Below are positions 1 through 5,988 of a stretch of DNA of 27,180 bases, piece after piece. The notes under the pieces were generated by a model. That model was not told the DNA's origin and ran no database searches. It worked only from the letters and a program-made list of their open reading frames with translations. Position numbers and translations under genes: made by a program. Within the stretch, counting starts at the first letter, position 1. Every line of letters starts with the position of its first letter. The stretch is from an uncultured Streptomycetaceae bacterium (GTDB lineage Bacteria; Pseudomonadota; Gammaproteobacteria; Burkholderiales; SG8-41): positions 1-27,180 of the forward strand of contig CAZQJF010000001.1 of the NCBI GenBank assembly GCA_964593735.1, in the 5' to 3' direction.

Positions 1-3
1 CAA

Positions 4-25
4 CCCCTCTCCCGGAGGAGAGGGG
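4..25. repeat. REP-like GC-rich hairpin at the window end (CCCCTCTCC-cgga-GGAGAGGGG); mirror at 27156-27177
   Basis: Perfect 9-bp stem with a 4-nt loop. It resembles the CCCTCTCCC…GGGAGAGGG extragenic palindromes common in proteobacteria, so the contig may have ended at a dispersed repeat. Confidence 0.55.
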
Positions 26-66
26 AGCGTCGAGCGAGACCGGATTGTCATCCGGGTTCGTAATAT

Positions 67-225
67 TCAATAAGGACGCGACTTGCGGCGCGACGGCGGT
101 GACGCGGAGCGCAACCGCCTGAACAACACCGGCGCTCGGCAGCGCAGGCGCCGGTAGTTGCTCTTGGCCCGGCAGATCCAAAGCGGATCGCCGGTCAACG
201 ACTCGACCAGGTTGCGAAACTTCAT
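67..225 (-). CDS. Putative small basic protein, 52 aa (MKFRNLVESLTGDPLWICRAKSNYRRLRCRAPVLFRRLRSASPPSRRKSRPY)
   Basis: Read by hand; it is below the ORF-track cutoff. It has an ATG with a purine-rich AGGGGGG just upstream and lies downstream of a sigma54-type promoter. No homology recognised. Confidence 0.35.
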   Translation of the reverse strand: MKFRNLVESLTGDPLWICRAKSNYRRLRCRAPVLFRRLRSASPPSRRKSRPY

Positions 226-304
226 GGGCCCCCCTGTTTTTATGCTTGCGTGGCACCGCGCACGGTTTCACCTCGCAGTACGCGTGACCGCGGCTCACCC
301 CATT

Positions 305-321
305 AGCAATCCGCATGCCCA
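305..321 (-). promoter_or_regulatory. sigma54 (RpoN) -24/-12 promoter, TGGGCATGCGGATTGCT
   Basis: GG-N10-GC spacing is exact, with GGCATG at -24 and TTGCT at -12, close to the consensus TGGCACG-N4-TTGCW. An IHF site lies just upstream. Confidence 0.65.
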
Positions 322-338
322 TCGAGAGTAGTGATGGA

Positions 339-351
339 AATCAGTAGATTA
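339..351. promoter_or_regulatory. IHF binding site AATCAGTAGATTA
   Basis: Exact match to WATCAR-N4-TTR, in an AT-rich patch between the sigma54 promoter and upstream palindromes, which is the classic position. Confidence 0.6.
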
Positions 352-385
352 AGACGCGGGTGACAGTTGTCGCGACCGCGTTTGC

Positions 386-401
386 GTTGCCGATCGGCGA
401 C
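386..401. promoter_or_regulatory. Candidate enhancer (bEBP-binding) palindrome GTTGCCGATCGGCGAC
   Basis: 16-bp palindrome with one mismatched pair, about 65-80 bp upstream of the -24 element and beyond the IHF site. A related GTTG…CGAC element lies at 366-376. Confidence 0.35.
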
Positions 402-438
402 GTATTTTTTGGACTGCTGTCCGTACCGCCACATAAAA

Positions 439-1101
439 TCAGTGGCCTGGCATAGATGAGGATCTGCGCGCGTCGCGCCTGATCCAGAACTTCAGCAGTC
501 TCAACAATTGCTTAGGAGTGCCATAGTTGAAGCGCCATTCGCACTCCTTGAGAAACAGGTGAAAGTGCTGCCGCGGCACACCGTTGTATCTTCTCAAATG
601 CCGCTTGGCCTGGTTCCAGAAATTCTCGGTGCTGCTGATGTTCGCGCGGCCGCTGGTGAGGTGCGCTCGGCGCGGCACCCGTTGATGGCGCAAGTCGGAA
701 ACATCGAGCGCAAGGCGCGCATCCGGCGATTCGGCGTAGATGATCGAATCGGGACGAACCCTGGGCTTCTGCATCTGCGGGCCTGTGTGGCGCGGGTCCG
801 CAACCATTACGGTGAGGACCTTGTCGCCGCGTCTGACCAGCGCGAACACCGGGATTGCAGGCGCGCCATCATCACGTGCAGCCAACTCGCTGGCGTCGTC
901 GACGTCGATCTCGCCCGCGAGCGCGTTCTCGCTTTCCAGACGCTGCGCGATGATCTCGCGTACCTTGTGATAGAACAGCCTCGCCGTGTTGCGATTGACC
1001 TGGACCAGCTCGGCTGCAGTGCGCGCCGGCGTCCCGGCCACGAAATGCTCCAGCAAGCGCCGCGTCTGTTCGTCGGACAGCCTGGAGCGCCGCACTCTCA
1101 T
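439..1101 (-). CDS. IS1595-family (IS1016 group) transposase-derived protein with a degenerate catalytic core, 220 aa
   Basis: The N-terminus (RLSDEQ…FVAGTPARTAAELVQVNRNTA) and C-terminus (ENFWNQAKRHLRRYNGVPRQHFHLFLKECEWRFN) closely match IS1016 transposases as I recall them. The central motifs have diverged. Confidence 0.85.
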   Translation of the reverse strand: MRVRRSRLSDEQTRRLLEHFVAGTPARTAAELVQVNRNTARLFYHKVREIIAQRLESENALAGEIDVDDASELAARDDGAPAIPVFALVRRGDKVLTVMVADPRHTGPQMQKPRVRPDSIIYAESPDARLALDVSDLRHQRVPRRAHLTSGRANISSTENFWNQAKRHLRRYNGVPRQHFHLFLKECEWRFNYGTPKQLLRLLKFWIRRDARRSSSMPGH

Positions 1102-1138
1102 GCGTCACCCGGTGTGCGCATGCTGTCTATGCCAGGCC
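444..1138 (-). mobile_element. IS1016-group insertion sequence or remnant, 695 bp, with 13-bp terminal inverted repeats GGCCTGGCATAGA
   Basis: ggcctggcataga at 444-456 and its reverse complement tctatgccaggcc at 1126-1138 bracket the transposase ORF. The size is typical of the IS1016 group (~0.7 kb). No target-site duplication is seen (flanks aaatcagt / ggacgaag). Confidence 0.65.
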
Positions 1139-1540
1139 GGACGAAGAGGGCAGTGTCTCCAGTCAGCGACATTTTGTAGTGGTCTAACCGCAATCTGTCG
1201 TTGAAGCGGTGAAAGTTGTAGTCGCCCCACGGCTTTTTCCCCTTGCGCGGCATCGACTGGCAGGACCGATACCCTGATAAAGGTGAAGTTTGTCGCCGTG
1301 CAGAGACGTCCCTGAAAATTCGCGGCCGCAAACTGTGGTTGGCCCGTGACAGCCCCGCAGGGAGAGTCGATCGGCCGGGCGCTCGACGGGCGACCAATCG
1401 ATCGCTGGCGTTCGCGCCACCTCTGGGGTGGCAGCGTTGGAGCGTATCGGCAGACGGGCATAGCGACTCACTGAATAAACGAAAGTGGACGCCAGCCTAA
1501 CAATCCCAGTTGTGCATTTGATCGCGTCCTTACTAGTCGG

Positions 1541-1562
1541 AATGGACTGCAATGGACTGCAA
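1541..1562. repeat. Tandem 10-bp direct repeat AATGGACTGC x2 (+AA) in the divergent intergenic region
   Basis: Read directly: aatggactgc aatggactgc aa. Confidence 0.8.
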
Positions 1563-1773
1563 CGGCGGGGATAGCAGTAAGCGTTGTGCCAAAAGTCTGC
1601 TTTTCCACCAGGGATCAGCCGGCGGCTGGCAGGCAGTAGTCCGGTCGGCCCATATTCGATCGGCGCCCGCGGCCCCTCTGCTTCATCCAGCGCGCCTACC
1701 TTCGCATCACGCACCGCCGCCGGTCGAGCTTTCGGGAAACAGGTGGCCTGGTTTCAGCCGTTCAGGAGGCACC

Positions 1774-2340
1774 ATGAAACTGCTGTTCAAGCTGTTGCTC
1801 ATCGTGATCGCGTCTGTGGGAGCGACGGGCTATTACGCTCGCGCCCCGATAGGCGAATCAAATACACGCCCCCACGCGCGTGCGCCGCGCCTGGCGCAAG
1901 CGCCGGCGTTGACGCCCGCGTTGACACCCGCGCTGACACTGAGGGCGCTGCCAGCCCTGGAATCGCACACGCCCGTATATATCGCCAGTTTTCCGGCCGG
2001 AGCGGAAAACGGCCTGGTGTCCGGCCCTGCGGCCAGCCTCTTGCTCGGCGGCGACGCCACCATCGAGGCGATGGAGCCCGGCGCACTCATCCCGGCCGGA
2101 CCGGGTGGCTTTCTACGGGCCGGCTCGATCGCGTCGAAGGACGAAACCATCCCCGGTATCCCGGCCACGGCGATGGCAGCCTTGCATTCCGTGCGCGTCC
2201 CGGCCGTGGCTGATGGATCCGCGGATCTCTCTGTCCCGGAGCACACGCCATCCGAACCTTCCGGCTGGACGTTGTTGCTGTCCAGTTTCCTGGTCGTCGG
2301 GTTCATCGCGCGGCGTAGATCGCGTCTGGTCACGGGCTGA
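1774..2340 (+). CDS. Secreted protein with a variant PEP-CTERM sorting signal, 188 aa
   Basis: AGGAGG RBS at 1764-1769 supports the ATG at 1774 rather than the track start at 1552. It has a hydrophobic N-terminal signal/anchor (MKLLFKLLLIVIASVGA) and a low-complexity Pro/Ala body. The C-terminus VPEHTPSEPSGWTLLLSSFLVVGFIARRR is a PEP-like motif, then a TM helix, then an Arg cluster. Confidence 0.75.
   Translation: MKLLFKLLLIVIASVGATGYYARAPIGESNTRPHARAPRLAQAPALTPALTPALTLRALPALESHTPVYIASFPAGAENGLVSGPAASLLLGGDATIEAMEPGALIPAGPGGFLRAGSIASKDETIPGIPATAMAALHSVRVPAVADGSADLSVPEHTPSEPSGWTLLLSSFLVVGFIARRRSRLVTG
1903..1938 (+). repeat. In-frame 12-bp x3 tandem repeat encoding (PALT)3
   Basis: ccggcgttgacg / cccgcgttgaca / cccgcgctgaca. 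Confidence 0.8.
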
Positions 2341-2354
2341 TCCGGACGGGCCGG

Positions 2355-2383
2355 CCGCCGGCTGGCAAATTGCCAGCCGGCGG
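2355..2383 (+). terminator. Strong hairpin downstream of the PEP-CTERM gene (possible terminator or mRNA-stabilising stem)
   Basis: ccgccggctggcaa-a-ttgccagccggcgg has 14-bp perfect arms and starts 14 bp after the stop. The following U tract is weak. Confidence 0.5.
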
Positions 2384-2588
2384 ATCGGTTCTCGCTGCTT
2401 TTCCGGTAGCGGCCATGTCCGAGTAGTCCGTTTGGACCACAGCGTGACATCAGCTAAGCACGAATGGCGGAGCTAATCTGCCCCCAATCCCTGCCGCGAG
2501 GCCGGTTGACCGCGATACAGAGACCTACCAGTACACACATAGAGAAAATACAGAGACCGCCGGACCTGACAACTGAATGGAGAACGCC

Positions 2589-3434
2589 ATGGACCAGCAA
2601 TTCTCAGCGCAACTGCTTCCGTCACTGACCACCGTCCGCGCGGCGCGATGGCTTGCCGTCTTGGTCGGGTTCTTGATTGCGCTATCCGCCGCACAAAGCC
2701 TGGCCCAATCCCGCGAGTCCCTGGGCGCCGGGGACACCCTGCGCATCACCGTCTTCCAGAACCCGGATCTCACGACCGAGGCGCGCATCTCCGAGCGCGG
2801 CACGGTCCTGTTTCCGCTGGTGGGCGAAATCAATCTCAACGGGCAGACGCCCACGGGGGCGGCGACCCGGATCGCGGACGCGCTGAAACAGGGAAACTTC
2901 ATGAAGGATCCCCAGGTCAGCGTGGCGGTGCTGACGGTGCGCAGCCGGCAGGTCTCCGTGCTCGGCCACGTGGTTCGGCCCGGGCGCTACCCGCTCGACG
3001 AAGTCACCACGAGCATCACGGACCTTCTGGCGCTGGCCGGCGGCATCGCTCCCACGGGAGACGAGGTCGTCACCGCGGTGGTCACGCGCGAGGGCAAGGC
3101 CACGAAAGCGGAAATCGACGTGGCCGGGATGTACCGCAGCGGCGACATGAAGTCCAACTTTCAGGTGCAGGCGGGCGACACGATTTTCGTGCAGCGCGCG
3201 CCCGTCTTCTACATCTACGGCGAGGTCACCCGCTCGGGTTCCTACCGGCTCGAGCCCAACATGGCCGTGGTGCAGGCGCTCTCGCTGGGCGGCGGCCTGA
3301 CCCCCCGCGGCACGGAACGCGGTCTCCTCATCCACCGGCGCGGAGCGGACGGGACGCTGCAGAAGATCGGCGCGCGCCTTTCTGATCCGGTGCGGGCCGA
3401 TGACGTGATCTATGTCAGGGAAAGCCTGTTCTAG
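2589..3434 (+). CDS. epsE: Polysaccharide export protein EpsE (Wza/OPX family, SLBB domains), 281 aa
   Basis: LGAGDTLRITVFQNPDL…ISERGTVLFPLVGE is a Poly_export motif, followed by VSVLGHVVRPGRYPL and FYIYGEVTRSGSYRL SLBB repeats and the C-terminus DDVIYVRESLF. GGAG at 2579-2582 favours the ATG at 2589 over 2577. No lipobox Cys. Confidence 0.9.
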   Translation: MDQQFSAQLLPSLTTVRAARWLAVLVGFLIALSAAQSLAQSRESLGAGDTLRITVFQNPDLTTEARISERGTVLFPLVGEINLNGQTPTGAATRIADALKQGNFMKDPQVSVAVLTVRSRQVSVLGHVVRPGRYPLDEVTTSITDLLALAGGIAPTGDEVVTAVVTREGKATKAEIDVAGMYRSGDMKSNFQVQAGDTIFVQRAPVFYIYGEVTRSGSYRLEPNMAVVQALSLGGGLTPRGTERGLLIHRRGADGTLQKIGARLSDPVRADDVIYVRESLF

Positions 3435-3478
3435 ACGCCGCGCGCGAGAGCCTATCAGCGACTGACCCGGAGCACGAC

Positions 3479-4918
3479 ATGCATCTCCAACTTCTTCTTT
3501 CTACGCTGCGGGCACGCTTCGGCGTGTTCGCCCTGGTGGTGTGCGCCACCGTTCTTGCCGCCACCGTGGTGAGCCTCCTGCTGCCGAAAACCTACAAGGC
3601 GACGACCTCGCTGCTGGTCGACGCCAGGGACGCGCAGTCGCTGAGCGGCGCCGGCGCAGGGACCCCCCAGTTTTCCCATCCGCTGGAAAAAGTGACCTAC
3701 ATGCAAACCCAGATGGACATCATCGGCAGCGAGACGGTCGCGCGCAAGGTGGTGCAGGATCTGAGACTCGCGGAGAACCCGGCGGCGCAAGCGGAACACG
3801 CGAAGAGCGGCCGCGCCGGCTCGATCGAGGACAACCTTGCGAGGGACCTGCTCCTGGCGCTCAAGGTGGAGGGCTCGCAGAGCAGCATCATCCAGGTCAC
3901 CTTTACGGCCGGAGACCCGCGCTTCGCGGCGGCTGTGGCGAACGCTTTTGCCAAGGCCTACGCCGACACGGCGCTGGAGATGCGAACGGCACCGACGCGG
4001 CAGGCGGCGGTCTGGTTCGACGAGCAGCTGAAGGCCCTGCGGGAGAACTTGCAGGAAGCGCAGAGCACGCTCGCGGAGTACCAGAGAAAGAAGGGGATCG
4101 TCGCAGCCGACGAGCGCCTCGACGTCGAGAGCGTCCGGCTGGGAGAGCTTTCGACGCAACTGGCGCGAGCGCAGGACACCACGCTCGGCTGGCAGGCACG
4201 CGGTCAGCAGGCGCGCGAGGCGCTTGCGCGGGGACAGTCGCCCGAGAGGCTTGCGGACGTGCAGGCGAATCCGCTCGTGCAGACCCTGAAGACCGACATC
4301 CTGCGCGGGGAAGCCAAGCTGAAGGAGCTCGCTTCGCAGTACGGGACCAACTACCCGACCTACCAGCGGCAGCTCTCCGAGAACCAGAGCCTGCGTGAAA
4401 AGCTCGACGGCGAGGTGGCGAAGATCGCGGCCGGCTTCGATAACTCGAGCCGCCAGAGCCGCCAGCAGGAAGCGGGGCTGGCCGGGGCGCTGGCGGCACA
4501 GCGCGATCGCCTGCTGCAACTCAGGGAATCCCGGAGCGAGCTGGTGGTGCTCACGCGCAACGCGGAATCCGCGCAGCGGACCTACGAAACCGCGCTGCAG
4601 CGCGCCGTCCTCAACAAAGTTGAAAGCAGCGCCCGCGGGTCGAACGTTGCGGTGCTCGGTCCCGCGGTCGAACCCCCCGCTCCGGCCCGTCCCAAGGTCG
4701 GTCTCAACGTGGCCCTGTCGGTGGTCGTGGGGATCATCCTGGGCCTCGGGACCGTCATGTTGATGGAGTTGCTCGACCGCCGGGTGCGCTCGCATAACGA
4801 CCTGGTCACCGAACCGAACGTGCCGCTGCTCGCCGTGCTCAACAAGTGGGACCCGGCGGCCGGCCACCGACTCCCGGGCTGGTCGGGAAGCCAGCGCACA
4901 TTGCCCAAACCAACCTGA
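3479..4918 (+). CDS. epsF: Chain-length determinant EpsF (Wzc periplasmic/PCP module), 479 aa
   Basis: N-terminal TM helix followed by LPKTYKATTSLLVD, a long coiled-coil region, and PAVEPPAPARPK plus a C-terminal TM helix then ELLDRRVRS. It sits between epsE and a kinase-like gene. Confidence 0.88.
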   Translation: MHLQLLLSTLRARFGVFALVVCATVLAATVVSLLLPKTYKATTSLLVDARDAQSLSGAGAGTPQFSHPLEKVTYMQTQMDIIGSETVARKVVQDLRLAENPAAQAEHAKSGRAGSIEDNLARDLLLALKVEGSQSSIIQVTFTAGDPRFAAAVANAFAKAYADTALEMRTAPTRQAAVWFDEQLKALRENLQEAQSTLAEYQRKKGIVAADERLDVESVRLGELSTQLARAQDTTLGWQARGQQAREALARGQSPERLADVQANPLVQTLKTDILRGEAKLKELASQYGTNYPTYQRQLSENQSLREKLDGEVAKIAAGFDNSSRQSRQQEAGLAGALAAQRDRLLQLRESRSELVVLTRNAESAQRTYETALQRAVLNKVESSARGSNVAVLGPAVEPPAPARPKVGLNVALSVVVGIILGLGTVMLMELLDRRVRSHNDLVTEPNVPLLAVLNKWDPAAGHRLPGWSGSQRTLPKPT

Positions 4919-4950
4919 GCCAACCTGAGCCAACCTGAGCCGAGCTGAGG
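4910..4950. repeat. 10-bp tandem repeat CAACCTGAGC x3 plus a degenerate fourth unit (CGAGCTGAGG) at the epsF/epsG junction
   Basis: Read directly at 4911-4950. The first unit holds the epsF stop and the fourth holds the epsG RBS (GAGG). Confidence 0.9.
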
Positions 4951-4958
4951 ATACCGAG

Positions 4959-5852
4959 ATGAACGCACCCGAGAATGTCGTGATGCTGGAGGCTGCGGGA
5001 CGCGCCGTTGCGCCGCGGCGCGATCGAGCGATCGGCAGCATACTGGTCGAAGAAGGCAAGCTGGATCCCGCCGGCGTCGAGCAGGTCATGGAACTGCAGC
5101 GGGACAAGGGTCTGAAGTTCGGGGAAGCCGCGATGCGCCTCGGGCTCATCACGGAACGCGACCTCAACTACGCCGTCGCGAAGCAATACGACCTCCCGCG
5201 CCTGCTGGCGGACAACGATGGCGCCACCTCCGAGCTGGTCGTGGCGCACGCTCCGTTCCACCCCCGCGCCGAGGAGATACGCTCGCTGCGGACTCAGTTG
5301 CTTATCCGCTGGTCGAACACCGGGATGGACCGCGGGGTGCTGGCGGTCGTGAGCCCGGGCAGCGGTGAAGGTCGCAGCTACGTCGCAGCCAACCTCGCGG
5401 TCGCCTTCGCGCAACTGGGCGAGCGCACTCTGCTGATAGACGCGGACCTGCGCCGGCCGCGCCAGCACCGGATCTTCGAGGTTTCGGACCGTATCGGCCT
5501 CTCGACGGTGCTCTCGGGACGGGCGGGCGCGGAGGCGGCGGTGCAGGTGTCGGAGTTCGGACGCCTTGCGCTGTTGCCTGCCGGCCCGCTGCCTCCCAAT
5601 CCGCAGGAGCTGCTGTCGCGTCTTGCGCTCGCCGGTTTCCTGAAGGAAGCCCGCGCCGCGTTCGACGTCGTCCTCGTCGATACGCCGCCGGCGAAATTCT
5701 ACGCGGATGCGCAGATCGTGGGTTTCCGGGCAGGCAGCGTAATGGTCGTCGCGCGCAAGGATCACACGCGCATCGCCGATACGAACAGCGTCATCCAGGA
5801 AATGGGCAACTCCGGCACCCGCGTGGTCGGCACGGTGTTCAACGCATATTGA
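4959..5852 (+). CDS. epsG: Chain-length determinant tyrosine-kinase-like protein EpsG (BY-kinase/P-loop), with an N-terminal MshEN-like module, 297 aa
   Basis: EEIRSLRTQL, Walker A variant PGSGEGRS, Walker A' LLIDADLRRP, Walker B VVLVDTPP, C-terminus VVGTVFN. Confidence 0.88.
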   Translation: MNAPENVVMLEAAGRAVAPRRDRAIGSILVEEGKLDPAGVEQVMELQRDKGLKFGEAAMRLGLITERDLNYAVAKQYDLPRLLADNDGATSELVVAHAPFHPRAEEIRSLRTQLLIRWSNTGMDRGVLAVVSPGSGEGRSYVAANLAVAFAQLGERTLLIDADLRRPRQHRIFEVSDRIGLSTVLSGRAGAEAAVQVSEFGRLALLPAGPLPPNPQELLSRLALAGFLKEARAAFDVVLVDTPPAKFYADAQIVGFRAGSVMVVARKDHTRIADTNSVIQEMGNSGTRVVGTVFNAY

Positions 5853-5864
5853 CCCACACGAGTT

Positions 5865-5900
5865 CAGGCCGGCGGCGGGCAGCATGGCGCCGCCGGCCTG
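5865..5900. other. Intra-operon GC-rich hairpin (13-bp perfect stem, 10-nt loop), no U tract
   Basis: caggccggcggcg … cgccgccggcctg between epsG and the polymerase-like gene. Confidence 0.6.
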
Positions 5901-5988
5901 GGGAAATGCGAGAGACGCAGGTCCCGCGGTCAGGCGCGATGGGCTCCCGGCCGGCCAGCCGAACGGTAATACGACCCTGGTATAGACG

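Noticed and set aside
436-1146. Target-site duplication around the IS1016-like element
   Set aside because: The flanks aaatcagt and ggacgaag do not match, so there is no evidence of recent insertion.
1480-1500. CGAAAGTGGACGCCAGCCTAA, loosely like the P2/P3 part of a c-di-GMP-I riboswitch
   Set aside because: The upstream GGCAAAC element and the pairing stems are missing. An Infernal search with RF01051 would settle it.
1243-1500. 85-aa TTG-start ORF (and 1184..1714-) in the divergent intergenic region
   Set aside because: No RBS, motif or recognisable homology. The region is better explained as regulatory DNA.
1576-1591. Minus-strand TGGCACAACGCTTACT, a near-sigma54 promoter facing the transposase-like gene
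   Set aside because: The -24 element is perfect but the normally invariant G at -13 is A. It may be a decayed or binding-only site and cannot be called a promoter.
1744-1758. GG-N10-GC (TGGCCTGGTTTCAGC) just upstream of the PEP-CTERM gene as a sigma54 promoter
   Set aside because: The -12 element is poor (CAGC), and the implied start near 1770 would exclude the AGGAGG RBS.
4910-4950. Short repeats (here, 1541-1562 and 1903-1938) as a CRISPR array
   Set aside because: The units are contiguous 10-12-mers with no spacers, and no cas genes are present.
3455-5167. Long antisense and alternate-frame ORFs (e.g. 3455..5167-, 6054..7580+, 10314..12008-, 12132..13520-, 4839..6008- and their mirrors)
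   Set aside because: They overlap well-supported genes, are Arg/Pro/Ala-rich with no recognisable motifs, and are typical shadow ORFs of high-GC DNA.
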